Shown: positions 16,374-27,456, numbered from the stretch's first letter. The stretch is DNA of 64,000 bases from an uncultured bacterium (GCA_963801165.1 CAWDDT010000006.1:512001-576000); one strand, 5' to 3'. Program-made: numbers and translations. Notes: generated by a model from the sequence alone, not told the origin.

Positions 16374-18766
16374 CCGGCATCACGGCCATCGTCTTCGCCT
16401 TCACCGGCCTGAGCGGGTTGCTGCGCCCGACTCAGGAGGGCACGAGGTGGGAATACGTCGTGATCGCCGCCGTCGTACTCGGAGCGACGATCACCTGGAC
16501 CGCCCTCACCTATCGCGCCCACCCGATCATTGTCGTGGTCCTCAACCTGGTCGCCCTCGCGATCGCCATATCCCGGGTGGCGGCTCCCGAAACAATGAAC
16601 AGCCTCATACCGACCGGGCAGACCTTCACGACCGTCATGGACGAGCTCAACCGGGCGTTCACGCTCATCCACACCGGCATAGAACCGGTGCAACCGATCG
16701 CTGGCATCGTCGTGGTAGTCACGGTTGTCTTCTGGGTTACCGGCGTTCTGCTTGCGTGGGGATTGCTCCGCGGCCACCCCTACGTCGCTTTGATTCCTCC
16801 GCTCGTGCTCGCTCTCCAGTTCGCCACCATGGACCGCTCCCGGACCGGACTAGGTCGGATAATCGTCTTCCTGGCCGTCGTCGGCGGCTCGATCGTGGCC
16901 GTCACCACCGACGAGCGCGACCAGTCGGCGGGCCGAATGTCGGGCGGGACACGCCGGCCAACCGCGTTGAGCAAGCTGGCTCCGTCGGCGGCCGGCCTGC
17001 TCGGGGTGACCCTCGTCTTCAGCGTGATTGGCACCGGGTTCATGAACGGTTTAGTTCCCTATGACGGAATCCTTCCCTGGCGGAGCGCTACCGGTCTCAC
17101 ATCGGATTTCTACGGGGGTATTGCCTACAACCCGTTCATCGGCATAAAGCAGTCGCTGGTGTCGCAGTCGGATACACCGGTCTTCCTGGCGCATATCACC
17201 GGTGACGTTCCCGGCGACCAGGTCTACTTCCGGCTCGTCACCATGGAGGCCTACAACGGGGGTCAGTTCTTCGCCGACAAGCCCACCGTCGTCAACCTCG
17301 ACACACGGCCCTGGGAGTTGGGAGGGAACGTGTTCACCGGGCCCGTCGACCAGGTAGAGACCGATATTCAGATCGAACGTCTCCGGATGGATTGGCTGCC
17401 CGCTTCATACGTCCCGACATCGTTCTCGGCTTCCGCCGACATCCTCGAAACCACGAGGGTTCGCCAGTCGGACGGGTCGCTACGGCTCGAGGGCGACCTC
17501 TCCTATGAGGGTATGCAATACACAATCAATTCGTCTATCCCCCACCCCGACATCGCGGTCTTGGAGACCGATGAGGATGGCAACCTCTCCCCTGCGTTCG
17601 AGTTTGCCGCCAGCGAGCAGAACCTCCCCGACCCGGTGGAAGCGCAGGTCCGCGAGGATCCCGTCGGCGTCGATGCCTACCTCGACCTCCCAGAGGACCT
17701 CGACCCCGCCATCCAGAAGCTCGCCCGGCAACGAACCGCCAATCTGACGACCAACTACGAGATCGGCCTGGCGCTCGAGTCGTGGTTTCACTCGGACGCG
17801 TTTGCCTACTCAACCAACATCGAGCCCGGCCATGGTGCCACCGATCTTGCGGAGTGGCTCCTCGACGACCAGTCACCGAATTACCACATCGGCTACTGCG
17901 AGAACTTCGCCACGGCGATGGCTGTGATGGCACGCACTCTCGGCGTTCCGTCGCGGGTCGTCCTCGGCTTCACACCCGGCGAGCCCACGGGCCAGGAGGA
18001 CGTGTACGTGGTGCGTGACCGGAACGCCCACGCCTGGGTCGAACTGTGGATCCCGTCGCAGGGCTGGATGAGATTCGACCCGACCCCTCGCTCGGACGGG
18101 ATCAATCCCACCACCTACAGCGAAGCGGAAGCCGAGCTGGGGTTCGACCTGACCGCATACCTCGACGTCCCGGACAGCGAGCCGATCACGGTCCAGAACT
18201 CAGGGCTGCCGTTGCCCCAGCTCCCCAACGACATAGACCTTCCCCAATTCGGGGGAAGCAATGACGTCGGCTCCGGCGGCGGGATCCATCTACCCGGGTG
18301 GTTCGGGGCGGCGTTGCCGATCGTATTGCTGATAGTCCTGGCAGCGGGCGGCATCCCCATGATCAAATGGTGGCAGCGTCGCACACGGATGCGTCGTCTC
18401 GAGAGCGGCGACATCACCGCGGCCTGGGAGGACGTCGTCGCCCGGCTAACCGACCTGGGCGATGCTCCGTCGCCGGCAAATACCCCCCGACAGATAGCAG
18501 ACTCGGTCGACTCGGCGATGGTCCCGCTGGCCGTCGTCTACGGGAGGGCGGTATACGGGCCCGAGGCTACGGTGAGCCCGGAGAACGTCGCAACGGCTAG
18601 CGCCTCGCTCGATGCCACCAGGGCTCGGCTCGCCACCCGGCACAGCGTCCCGCAACGAGTAATTGCCGCCTATCGACCCGCCAGCATCATTCCCCCGGGC
18701 GCACGGCGTCTTCTCGATAAGGCCAAAGTCAACGGCCGCAACGGAAACCGACGCAACGGATCCTGA
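16349..18766 (+). CDS. Membrane transglutaminase-like protein (TgpA/DUF3488)
   Basis: Multiple N-terminal TMs; catalytic triad GYCENFA, HAWVE, FDPTP. Confidence 0.9.
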   Translation: MVYRFSWLAGITAIVFAFTGLSGLLRPTQEGTRWEYVVIAAVVLGATITWTALTYRAHPIIVVVLNLVALAIAISRVAAPETMNSLIPTGQTFTTVMDELNRAFTLIHTGIEPVQPIAGIVVVVTVVFWVTGVLLAWGLLRGHPYVALIPPLVLALQFATMDRSRTGLGRIIVFLAVVGGSIVAVTTDERDQSAGRMSGGTRRPTALSKLAPSAAGLLGVTLVFSVIGTGFMNGLVPYDGILPWRSATGLTSDFYGGIAYNPFIGIKQSLVSQSDTPVFLAHITGDVPGDQVYFRLVTMEAYNGGQFFADKPTVVNLDTRPWELGGNVFTGPVDQVETDIQIERLRMDWLPASYVPTSFSASADILETTRVRQSDGSLRLEGDLSYEGMQYTINSSIPHPDIAVLETDEDGNLSPAFEFAASEQNLPDPVEAQVREDPVGVDAYLDLPEDLDPAIQKLARQRTANLTTNYEIGLALESWFHSDAFAYSTNIEPGHGATDLAEWLLDDQSPNYHIGYCENFATAMAVMARTLGVPSRVVLGFTPGEPTGQEDVYVVRDRNAHAWVELWIPSQGWMRFDPTPRSDGINPTTYSEAEAELGFDLTAYLDVPDSEPITVQNSGLPLPQLPNDIDLPQFGGSNDVGSGGGIHLPGWFGAALPIVLLIVLAAGGIPMIKWWQRRTRMRRLESGDITAAWEDVVARLTDLGDAPSPANTPRQIADSVDSAMVPLAVVYGRAVYGPEATVSPENVATASASLDATRARLATRHSVPQRVIAAYRPASIIPPGARRLLDKAKVNGRNGNRRNGS

Positions 18767-18776
18767 CTGCGGCGGC

Positions 18777-19274
18777 TCAGCCTTGAGCCGCCCCCAGCTC
18801 TGACTTCACGTCGTCTTCGACACGACGCAACATGTCGAGGAAATGATCCCGGTCGAGCTCGAACTTGGTGATGTCTTCTTCAACGCTCTTGGTGATCTCG
18901 TTGATCGCTACGAAGAACGCAAGCTGGCCGTCGCGCAGCGCATCGAGCAGTTCCCCCTCGTTCTGGGCGACGTGAAAGATCGTCTGACCGTCGGTGACGA
19001 GCCTCACGGAGGCGAGATGCTCGTCCATCGAAGCGGTGCGACGCAGGTAATCCCAGGCCCGGCGCACCCGTTGCACCGACATCCCGTTGTCCAACAGGCT
19101 CTTGACGACCCGCAGCGCTACGAGGTCACGGAAGGAGTACAAGCGGCGCCGCCCCGGCCGGCCGTCGCTGCTCTGGATACTGGGTTCCACCAGGTCGACC
19201 TTGTCCCAATAACGAAGCTGGTGGGCGGTGCAGCCCGTGAGCGCTGATGCCTGCTGGGCAGTAAAAGAATCCAC
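18777..19274 (-). CDS. MerR-family transcriptional regulator
   Basis: QLRYWDKVDLVEPS, RRLYSFRDLVALRVVKSLLDNG. Confidence 0.9.
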   Translation of the reverse strand: MDSFTAQQASALTGCTAHQLRYWDKVDLVEPSIQSSDGRPGRRRLYSFRDLVALRVVKSLLDNGMSVQRVRRAWDYLRRTASMDEHLASVRLVTDGQTIFHVAQNEGELLDALRDGQLAFFVAINEITKSVEEDITKFELDRDHFLDMLRRVEDDVKSELGAAQG

Positions 19275-19379
19275 CTATCTCCTCCCACACCTGTGGTCCG
19301 CTGGCTCCATAGGACCCGTCAGCTCGGGTGTCGTCGTCGTCGTTGCGATGCAAATCCCCCCGCACGGGGAATGGTCACT

Positions 19380-19712
19380 CTAGCCGTTCCGAGACCATCT
19401 CTGTCGAGCTCGCTCGAGCCACTTTCCGAGCAGGTCGGACCCCCCGTCCGAGCCCCTGCGGAAGGTCATCGCAAGCCACCCAGCCGATGCCAGCATGAGG
19501 ATGAATCCCAGCGTGGCGAACCAGACGATCTTCAGCGAAACAACCATGACAACGAGACCTACGATGAATCCGAGGACCGCCAGGCGTCGATGCGGGCGGA
19601 GACGCGAACGCAACGAAGCGCTGGCCACCGAGTGCGCCAACTCCGGATCTTCCTCATAGAACTGACGCTCGATCTCTTCGAGAATGCGCTGTTCGTCTTC
19701 GTTGAGCGGCAT
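19380..19712 (-). CDS. DUF3040 membrane protein
   Basis: MPLNEDEQRILEEIERQFYEEDPELA plus two TMs; adjacent to dinB. Confidence 0.88.
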   Translation of the reverse strand: MPLNEDEQRILEEIERQFYEEDPELAHSVASASLRSRLRPHRRLAVLGFIVGLVVMVVSLKIVWFATLGFILMLASAGWLAMTFRRGSDGGSDLLGKWLERARQRWSRNG

Positions 19713-19762
19713 CTGTATTCGTCTCCGGGTCCTGAAGCCGAGTATACAAGTCCGGGGGTGTA

Positions 19763-20947
19763 TCAATAGCGGAGATTCTCCCGTTTTTGACCGATCATCG
19801 AGGCTCGCAATACGGCATCGTCCCCAAATCGGTCACGTACCTCTTCGGCTGCATCGGCAGCTGAGTCTCTGGTCCTGTCCCCGAGAGTCAGCTGGTGCGG
19901 ATTCGCCCCCGTCACCAAACCCGAGATTCCAACACCCAACAGACGTACACCACGCCCGCGGCGTTCCACCCGTTCCAGCAGACGGCGTGCCTCATCCCAC
20001 AGCGCGGTTGTGGCGGCTACTTCGCCGGCAACGGTCTCGGAGCGGGTAAGCGTCTCGAAGTCGCCAAAGCGGATCTTGAGGGTCACGACCCGCCCCGTGT
20101 AGCCGGACCGATGGAGACGGGAGGCCAACCGGTCGCATAGACGGAGCGTCGCCTGGTTGATGTCATCATCCTCGGTCAGATCCTCGTCGTAGGTCTCCTC
20201 CACCGACACCGACTTCGTCTCGCCGTCCGGCTCGACGCCACGCGGGTCGATAGCGGCGGCCAGTTGCGACAGGTGTGCGGCCAGGCTGGGGCCGAGCCGG
20301 CGTCGCAGCATCGTCTCGGGGACCGCTGCCAGATCGCCGATGGTCTCGACCCCCAGCGTTTCCAGGCTGGCGTGCGTGGCCGCACCGACGCCCCAAAGGG
20401 ATCGCACGGGCATCGGGTGGAGGAACTCGAGCTCGCGGCCCGCCCGCACTACCAGCATCCCATCCGGCTTGGCCGCATCGGAGGCGAGCTTGGAGATGAA
20501 CTTCACCGCCGAGATGCCGACCGAGGCGGGCAGGCCGAGCTCGGCCCGAATGGAGCTCCGCAATGCGGTGCCGACCGCCGCCGGCGAGTCATAGTGGAGG
20601 CGGAGACCGGAGATATCGATAAACGCCTCGTCGACCGACAGCCCTTCGACCAGCGGGCTGAAGCTGCGGAAGACCTCGAACACCTCCCGGGACACTGCGC
20701 CGTAGTCGCTGTGTGACGGCGGGATGAAGACACCGTGAGGGCAAAGACGGCGCGCCTCGCCGATCGGCATCGCGGAGTGCACACCACGCGCTCGGGCCTC
20801 GTAGGACGCGGACGCCACCACGCCACGTCTCCCCAGCCCACCGACGATCACCGGCTTACCGGCCAGGCCGGGATCACGCCGCCGTTCCACCTCCACGAAG
20901 AAGGCATCCATGTCGATGTGGAGAAACCGCTCGGTGAACCCGCTCAC
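19763..20947 (-). CDS. dinB: DNA polymerase IV
   Basis: LHIDMDAFF, ASYEAR, SVDEAFID, SKLASDAAKPDG. Confidence 0.96.
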   Translation of the reverse strand: MSGFTERFLHIDMDAFFVEVERRRDPGLAGKPVIVGGLGRRGVVASASYEARARGVHSAMPIGEARRLCPHGVFIPPSHSDYGAVSREVFEVFRSFSPLVEGLSVDEAFIDISGLRLHYDSPAAVGTALRSSIRAELGLPASVGISAVKFISKLASDAAKPDGMLVVRAGRELEFLHPMPVRSLWGVGAATHASLETLGVETIGDLAAVPETMLRRRLGPSLAAHLSQLAAAIDPRGVEPDGETKSVSVEETYDEDLTEDDDINQATLRLCDRLASRLHRSGYTGRVVTLKIRFGDFETLTRSETVAGEVAATTALWDEARRLLERVERRGRGVRLLGVGISGLVTGANPHQLTLGDRTRDSAADAAEEVRDRFGDDAVLRASMIGQKRENLRY

Positions 20948-20994
20948 GGCACCACGGTACTCGGCGATCCAGACCCTCGTGGCATACTCGCCTG

Positions 20995-21594
20995 ATGCAC
21001 ATACACCTGGTCAGGCACGGCGAAGTGGACAACCCACACGACGTCGTATACGCCGATGTCGCCGGCTTCTCGCTTTCGGCACACGGACGGGCGCAGGCGA
21101 GCGCAGCCGGCGCTCATCTGGGTACCCGGCCGCCGTTCCGGATCGTGTCATCGCCATTGGACAGGGCGCTCGCCACAGCCCGCCTGATCGCAGACGGCAC
21201 CGGCGCGTTCGTCGATGTCGACGATCGCCTGACGGAATGGGGGCTTGCCGTCAGATGGCGAGGGGCCACGTGGCACCGGCTCCCGATCGTTTTCCCCGGC
21301 GAGCTGGAGGCTTACCTCGACGACCCGGCCCATCTCGCTTTCTGCCCCGAGCCCCTCGATCAACTGTCAGCCCGGATGTGCGGAGCGATCCTCGAGTGGT
21401 GTGCAACAGTTCGAGGCGACCTCGTCTTCGTCTCGCACGAGGACCCCCTCCACGCGGCACGGCTGCGTCTTCTCGGGACGATGCCCACGGCTTTCCACAA
21501 AGACAAGCCCGGGCACGGCTCGGTAATCACGCTGGAACGAGCCGGTGACACCTGGCGAACCGTGGCAAGCTGGGTACCCCCGGCGATGCCATGA
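20995..21594 (+). CDS. Histidine phosphatase family protein
   Basis: LVRHGE, SSPLDRA, VSHE. Confidence 0.88.
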   Translation: MHIHLVRHGEVDNPHDVVYADVAGFSLSAHGRAQASAAGAHLGTRPPFRIVSSPLDRALATARLIADGTGAFVDVDDRLTEWGLAVRWRGATWHRLPIVFPGELEAYLDDPAHLAFCPEPLDQLSARMCGAILEWCATVRGDLVFVSHEDPLHAARLRLLGTMPTAFHKDKPGHGSVITLERAGDTWRTVASWVPPAMP

Positions 21595-21643
21595 CAGGCC
21601 CGGGTCGCACTACAATGTCGCGCCGACGACTTCGAGGAGAAAC

Positions 21644-22060
21644 GTGCGAACTCGCCTGGTCATCGTGACCGTCATCCTTGCCGCATTGCTTGGTGCCTGC
21701 TCCAGCGGTCCTTCCGAAGCAGCTCTCGCCGCCGACAGGCAGCCGACGACTACGACGACCACCGAGGCACCTCCCGAAGGCATCGCGGTTGTGACCATCG
21801 AGTCCGGGCGCTTCCGCCCCTCCAACCTGAAGCTCGATCTCAACGAGGAATGGATCGTCGAATGGCGCCAGGAGGACTCGGCGGATCGCGAGTATGTCGT
21901 GGTGTCGGGTGATGATTCCTTTGCGGACAGCCCGACGCTCAAGGCGGGCGACACCTTCCAGGTTGATTTCAGCCAGCTACCGCCGGGCATTTACCGCTAC
22001 TACGCCTACCTCGGCAACAACCGTATCCCTGGTTCTGTCGATACGCGCCCGTCTCAGTAG
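21644..22060 (+). CDS. Lipoprotein with cupredoxin-like fold
   Basis: LGAC lipobox; F.PSNL, LKAGDTF, PGIYRYY pattern; lacks Cys/His/Met ligands. Confidence 0.55.
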   Translation: MRTRLVIVTVILAALLGACSSGPSEAALAADRQPTTTTTTEAPPEGIAVVTIESGRFRPSNLKLDLNEEWIVEWRQEDSADREYVVVSGDDSFADSPTLKAGDTFQVDFSQLPPGIYRYYAYLGNNRIPGSVDTRPSQ

Positions 22061-22084
22061 CTAAGGCACGCGGCAGGAGACAAC

Positions 22085-22774
22085 GTGGCACGAATGCCGT
22101 TAACTATCGCGGTTCTGGTGATGGCCGCCGGTCTCGCCTGGACGATCCACCTGGTTGTCTCGCCTGCACCCTGGGCCGCTGACTCTGCGCTTACGATCGC
22201 TGTCGGCACGCTCGTGTTGAGCATCGCGGCAATGACGGCTCTGCTGCTGAGCCGGGGACGGTGGACCCGCTTCTTCGCCACCGGCCTGTTGATCGCCGAG
22301 ACGGCGATTGCCGTCGTTGCCGAGCTCGAGCCGTGGCTGGTCTTGGGCCTGGCGCTGACCGGGCTGGCGTTGACCGGGCTGTTCGGCCCCTGGCTGCGGG
22401 GATGGCTACGGGAACGCCCCGCCGCAGGATCGCCCGGTGTCGAGCCCATCTTGCTCGCAATCGGAGCGTTTGCGCTCGTCCCTCTTGTCGGAATCGCCTC
22501 GCCTGCGGGGCTCAGCATGGCCCACGGAGTGCTCGGCGGTGCCGGCATATTGCTCTCGTGGGGATATCTCAAAGGTCGTCTCTGGGCTTTCTACGGGCTT
22601 CGATTCGCTCTGCCGCCCCTCGTCGCCATCACGGCGGTATTCTCACCGCCTGGTGGCGCGTTTTTGCTAATCGTCGCGGGCGCGGGTCTCTCCTACCTCG
22701 CGTGGACCGCCCCCGCACGGCTCGCGGTAGACCCCGCCCCGCAGCTCCCCGCCCCGAGGAGACCCCGGCAATGA
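22085..22774 (+). CDS. Multi-pass membrane hypothetical protein
   Basis: About 8 hydrophobic segments; GGAG RBS. Confidence 0.65.
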   Translation: MARMPLTIAVLVMAAGLAWTIHLVVSPAPWAADSALTIAVGTLVLSIAAMTALLLSRGRWTRFFATGLLIAETAIAVVAELEPWLVLGLALTGLALTGLFGPWLRGWLRERPAAGSPGVEPILLAIGAFALVPLVGIASPAGLSMAHGVLGGAGILLSWGYLKGRLWAFYGLRFALPPLVAITAVFSPPGGAFLLIVAGAGLSYLAWTAPARLAVDPAPQLPAPRRPRQ

Positions 22775-23202
22775 CCACGATGTCTCAGCCCACAAGGTGG
22801 GGATGGCTGGCACTCGCCGGCGGGCCGCTGCTGGGCGCCGGTGCGGGCCGGCTCGTGGGTTCCACCGCGACCTGGCTCGTCGTGGGAGCCGTCATTGGCC
22901 TCGGGGTTGCCGTGATGATCGTCGTGCTGGAGATGAGAATCCTGGTGGCCCTCCCGGTTGGAGCCGGAGCAGGCGTAGGCGCGTATCTCGGCGCCACCGT
23001 CGTCGGGGCCGTCTGCCAACCACGCGGGTGTCCGGCGTTCGAGACGGCCGCCGCGGTGACTACGGGTATCGGGGCGCTGGTAGGTGTGGGTCTGGTGGTC
23101 GCTCTGGTTGCCCGCTCCTTCGACGAATACCGGGACTCACAACGCCGGGGCACGCCTCCGGCGACCAGTAGCTGCAACGACGACGACGGGCCCTCAGATT
23201 GA
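22771..23202 (+). CDS. Small membrane hypothetical protein
   Basis: ATGA overlap with upstream gene; Gly-rich TMs, C-x4-C. Confidence 0.55.
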   Translation: MTTMSQPTRWGWLALAGGPLLGAGAGRLVGSTATWLVVGAVIGLGVAVMIVVLEMRILVALPVGAGAGVGAYLGATVVGAVCQPRGCPAFETAAAVTTGIGALVGVGLVVALVARSFDEYRDSQRRGTPPATSSCNDDDGPSD

Positions 23203-24438
23203 CTTGAACAGCAGCGACACGTTGTGGCCCCCGAAGCCGAACGAGTTCGACAGGACATAATCGACGTCCGCCTTGCGTGGCTCGTTGGGGACGTAGTCGA
23301 GATCGCATTCCGGATCAGGGGTGGCGTAGTTGATCGTGGGAGGGAGGATCCCCTCGTTGAGCACCTGGAGGGAGATCAACGCCTCGACGGCGCCGCCGCC
23401 TCCGAGCATGTGGCCGGTCATCGACTTCGTCGACGAGACGGGTATGTCGTATGCGGCACGACCAAAGACGGTCTTGATCGCCATGGTCTCGGTCACGTCG
23501 TTCGCCGGGGTGGAAGTGCCGTGGGCATTGATATACCCGACGGCATCGGGAGCGACGCCCGCGTCTGCGAGCGCCCCTTGCATGGCCCGGGCAGCGCCGC
23601 CGCCACCGGGCCTGGGCAGGGTGATGTGGTAAGCATCGGCCGACATGCCGTAGCCGACGAGCTCGGCGTAGACACTCGCTCCGCGGGCTCGGGCGTGCTC
23701 GTACTCCTCGAGGATGAGCGAGCCTGCCCCTTCGCCGAGCACGAACCCGTCGCGGTCCTTGTCGAAGGGACGGCTGGCCGCCTCGGGATCGTCGTTGCGT
23801 GCGCTCAACGCCTTCATCGAGCTGAACCCGCCCATAGCGAACTCGGTAACCGACGCCTCCATCCCGCCACCGACCATCACATCGGCGACGCCACGCCGGA
23901 TGATCTCAGCGGCGTCTCCAATTGCGTTCGCCGATGCGGCACAGGCGGTCACGGTGCAGGTACTGGGGCCTGCCAGGTGGAAACCGATCGAGATCGCACC
24001 CGCCGCCTGGTTGCTCATGATCATCGGGATGGCCAGCGGCGAGATCCGATCGGGACCGCGCTCGTTGAGAATCTCGATCTGGGTCTGGGTGGTACCGATC
24101 CCCCCGATGCCGGTTCCGCACACCACACCCACCCTCTCGGCGGCAGGGTCGCCGTCCTCGAAAGCGAGACCGGCGTCGGCCATCGCCTGGCTGGTGGCGC
24201 CCCAGAACAAGAGGGTGCTGCGATCCATCCGCCGCGACTCCTTGCGCGGCAGGTAGACATCCGGGTCGAAATCCTTGACCTCGGCCGCAAACCGCGTGTT
24301 CAAACGCGACGCATCGAACAAGGTGACCGGAGCTACCCCGGACCTTCCCTCGAGAAGTGCATCCCAGGTGTCGGTCAAATTGTGAGCAAGCGGATTGACT
24401 GTACCCACACCGGTTACCACCACGCGGCGACGTTCCAT
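23194..24438 (-). CDS. fabF: Beta-ketoacyl-ACP synthase II
   Basis: VTACAAS, NAHGTST, TGHMLG, SNSFGFGGHN. Confidence 0.96.
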   Translation of the reverse strand: MERRRVVVTGVGTVNPLAHNLTDTWDALLEGRSGVAPVTLFDASRLNTRFAAEVKDFDPDVYLPRKESRRMDRSTLLFWGATSQAMADAGLAFEDGDPAAERVGVVCGTGIGGIGTTQTQIEILNERGPDRISPLAIPMIMSNQAAGAISIGFHLAGPSTCTVTACAASANAIGDAAEIIRRGVADVMVGGGMEASVTEFAMGGFSSMKALSARNDDPEAASRPFDKDRDGFVLGEGAGSLILEEYEHARARGASVYAELVGYGMSADAYHITLPRPGGGGAARAMQGALADAGVAPDAVGYINAHGTSTPANDVTETMAIKTVFGRAAYDIPVSSTKSMTGHMLGGGGAVEALISLQVLNEGILPPTINYATPDPECDLDYVPNEPRKADVDYVLSNSFGFGGHNVSLLFKSI

Positions 24439-24440
24439 GA

Positions 24441-24686
24441 TCAGGCGTTGAGTTTCTGGCTGACCAGATCGGCCGCTTCACCCACCGTCGTGATCTTTTC
24501 TGCTTCTTCATCGGGAATCTTGACATCGAAATTGTCTTCGAGAGCCATGAGAAGCTCGACGACACCGAGCGAGTCGACATCGAGGTCTTCTTCGAACCGG
24601 GCGTCCATGGTGATGTTGTCGCGCTCGAGCCCGAGCTCATCTACAAGCAGATCGACCAGCTTCGCCTCGATTTCGGATCTGTCCAT
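24441..24686 (-). CDS. acpP: Acyl carrier protein
   Basis: [12 protein letters not shown]; acidic, 81 aa. Confidence 0.95.
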   Translation of the reverse strand: MDRSEIEAKLVDLLVDELGLERDNITMDARFEEDLDVDSLGVVELLMALEDNFDVKIPDEEAEKITTVGEAADLVSQKLNA

Positions 24687-24703
24687 TGCTGTTGCCTTCC
24701 TGT

Positions 24704-25450
24704 TCAGATGGCCAGCCCACCATCGACAACGATGGTTTGGCCGGTGATGTACGACGCATCCTGGGAGGCAAGATAGCCAACCGCCGACGCGACTTCCTCG
24801 GGCCGGCCCAACCGGCCCAGGGTGATCTGCTTCGTTGCCGCCTCGGCCGCACCCTCGCCGAGCGCGGCCGTCATGTCCGTTGCGATGAACCCCGGGGCCA
24901 CCGCATTGACTGTGATCCCACGCGAGCCGATCTCCTTGGCCAGAGAGCGTGTGAAGCCGATGACGCCCGCCTTGGCCGCCGAGTAGTTGGCCTGCCCTGG
25001 GTTACCGTACACCCCCGCGACCGAGGAGATGTTGACGATCCTCCCCCACTTGGCGCGCAGCATGCCCCGGAGCGCCGCTTTGCTGCACAGGTACACCGAC
25101 TTGAGGTTGGTCTGTATGACATCGTCCCAGGCGTCGGCCGACATCCGCATGAGGAGATCGTCCCTCGCGATGCCGGCGTTGTTCACAAGGATCTCGACGG
25201 CACCCAACTCTGCGCCGACGTGCTCGACCATGCCGGCCACAGATGACTCGTCTCCGACATCTGCTTGCACCGGGATGGCGGTTCCACCGGAAGCCTCGAT
25301 CGCGGCGATGGTTTCCGCTGCCGCCGCCTCGTTTGCGACGTAGTTGACGGCCACCTTGTGACCCGCCGCGGCGAGCCGCAGCGCGACCGCACGGCCGATG
25401 CCGCGGGAGCCACCCGTGACCAGAGCCACCCGCGACGTGTCAGTGGGCAC
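24704..25450 (-). CDS. fabG: 3-oxoacyl-ACP reductase
   Basis: [17 protein letters not shown]. Confidence 0.95.
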   Translation of the reverse strand: MPTDTSRVALVTGGSRGIGRAVALRLAAAGHKVAVNYVANEAAAAETIAAIEASGGTAIPVQADVGDESSVAGMVEHVGAELGAVEILVNNAGIARDDLLMRMSADAWDDVIQTNLKSVYLCSKAALRGMLRAKWGRIVNISSVAGVYGNPGQANYSAAKAGVIGFTRSLAKEIGSRGITVNAVAPGFIATDMTAALGEGAAEAATKQITLGRLGRPEEVASAVGYLASQDASYITGQTIVVDGGLAI

Positions 25451-26512
25451 TCAGATCCCCAGACCCTGGGTGCGTTCGGCGAGCAGCTCGAGACCGGTCT
25501 TATCGGTCCAGGGAATTCCGGAATCCGCTTCGCTCACCCGCTCGGTTCGGTCACCCCAGCGCACCACCGCGGCGCCCCACGTGAGACCACCGCCGAAGGC
25601 AACCATGGCGATCAACGCTCCCGGCTCGATGACGCCCTGATCGAGGGCTTCCGAGAGCGCGATCGGGATGCTGGCCGCCGACGTGTTCCCGTAGGCGTGG
25701 ATGTTGGTGTACACGTGGTCCGGATCGACGTTGAGCCGTTTGGCCATGGCATCGATGATCCGGATGTTCGCCTGATGTGAGATCAGAACGTCGATCTGAC
25801 CGATGTCGATGCCGGCATTCTCGATGGCAACGATCGCACCCTCCCCCATCCTGGTGACCGCATGCCGGAAGACCTCCCGACCCTCCATGTCGACGGTGGC
25901 CCTCGCGTCGTGATCGAACATGACCTCGGTGCCACCACCTCTGATTGCCAGAATGTCGGTCAGGGAGCCGTCGGAGTGGACGTTGGACGCAAGCAAACCC
26001 TCGGGTCCATCGGTCGCCTCGACTACGACGGCGCCGGCGCCGTCACCGAAAAGCACGGAGGTGGTGCGGTCCTGGAAGTCGAGGTAGGCCGAGAGCCGCT
26101 CGGATCCGATGATCAGCGCCCGGCTGATTGTCCCGGCGGCAATCATCCCATTGGCGACACTGAGCGCATAGATGAAACCGCTGCAGGCGGCGTTCAGATC
26201 CATGGTACCCGCCAGGCCACCGAGATTACGTTGCACGTATGCCGCAACCGAAGGAACGGCACGGTCTGCAGTACAGGTGGCAACAACGATCAGGTCCATA
26301 TCCGTCGCATCGAGACCAGCCGCCGCCAACGCCTTACGGCCGGCCGCGGTCGCCATCTCGGCGTTGGCCACGTGGCTGATACGGCGTTCCTTGATACCGG
26401 TCCGGGTGGTTATCCACTCGTCATTGGTATCGATCACAGACGCCAGATCCTGGTTGCTGAGCACAGCTGGAGGTGTGTATTCGCCCCAGCCGGTAATGGC
26501 TGCGTGCCGCAT
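25451..26512 (-). CDS. fabH: Beta-ketoacyl-ACP synthase III
   Basis: AACSGF, HQANIRI, GNTSAAS, FGGGLTW. Confidence 0.95.
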   Translation of the reverse strand: MRHAAITGWGEYTPPAVLSNQDLASVIDTNDEWITTRTGIKERRISHVANAEMATAAGRKALAAAGLDATDMDLIVVATCTADRAVPSVAAYVQRNLGGLAGTMDLNAACSGFIYALSVANGMIAAGTISRALIIGSERLSAYLDFQDRTTSVLFGDGAGAVVVEATDGPEGLLASNVHSDGSLTDILAIRGGGTEVMFDHDARATVDMEGREVFRHAVTRMGEGAIVAIENAGIDIGQIDVLISHQANIRIIDAMAKRLNVDPDHVYTNIHAYGNTSAASIPIALSEALDQGVIEPGALIAMVAFGGGLTWGAAVVRWGDRTERVSEADSGIPWTDKTGLELLAERTQGLGI

Positions 26513-26529
26513 CGAACTCCCTTCAAATC

Positions 26530-27456
26530 TCATCCCGCGGTCAACTGCGCAACCGCCGCTTCGATGTGGTCGAGCGACGACACAGTAATGACAATCGCAT
26601 CTCTAATCGTGCGTTTCGCCAGGGCGGCCGTTACGTCGCCCGGGCCAATATGTACAAAAGCCTGCACCCCCGCCTGGGACATCGCTTCGAGCGACTCGGC
26701 GAACCTCACCGTGCCGGACAGTTGACCCGAGAGCGCGCGAGCCGGATCGGAGGTGGGCGCAGCCTTCAGATTCGACCATACCGGGAAATGGCCGGAGTAG
26801 AACGTGGTATCTGCGAGAGCGCGGTCTAGCTCGGCGCGTGCCGAAGCCATCAGTGGCGTATGGAATGCCCCCGATACGTTGATCGGAATCACCCGGCGCA
26901 GCCCGTATTCGCCTGCGTTCTCGCCGAGCCGTTCGACCGCTTCCGACGTGCCCCCGACGACCACCTGCCCCGGGGCGTTGACGTTGGCGACCCAGATAGC
27001 CTCACCCTGATTGCGCAGCCGGGCGACCACTTCCTCGATCGTGGCGATTTCGGCACCGATGACCGCAGCCATCGTTCCCGCCGTCTCCCCGGCGGCTTTT
27101 GCCATCGCTGCTCCTCTGGCGGCCACGAGCCGGAGTCCGGCAAGGTAGTCGAGCACCCCGGCGGCAGCGAGCGCGGCGTACTCACCCACCGAGTGACCGG
27201 CGGCTGCGATCGGCTGATGGCCCACCCGCACCGCAAAGGCCTCCCAAAGTGCGTAGGAGACACCGTAGAGTGCGGGCTGCGCCCGGTCGGTCCGCACCAA
27301 CTCCGCCTCGGGACCATCGCCGCATACGCCTGCGAGAGACCATCCGAGTATCTCGTCTGCCGCAGAACCGAGCAGGTCGGGGCGCGTGGCAAAGACGTCG
27401 GCGCCCATACCGACGTGCTGGCTGCCTTGTCCTGGGAAGAGAACTGCGTACCGCAT
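26530..27456 (-). CDS. fabD: Malonyl-CoA:ACP transacylase
   Basis: FPGQGSQ, GHSVGE, SGAFHT. Confidence 0.95.
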   Translation of the reverse strand: MRYAVLFPGQGSQHVGMGADVFATRPDLLGSAADEILGWSLAGVCGDGPEAELVRTDRAQPALYGVSYALWEAFAVRVGHQPIAAAGHSVGEYAALAAAGVLDYLAGLRLVAARGAAMAKAAGETAGTMAAVIGAEIATIEEVVARLRNQGEAIWVANVNAPGQVVVGGTSEAVERLGENAGEYGLRRVIPINVSGAFHTPLMASARAELDRALADTTFYSGHFPVWSNLKAAPTSDPARALSGQLSGTVRFAESLEAMSQAGVQAFVHIGPGDVTAALAKRTIRDAIVITVSSLDHIEAAVAQLTAG

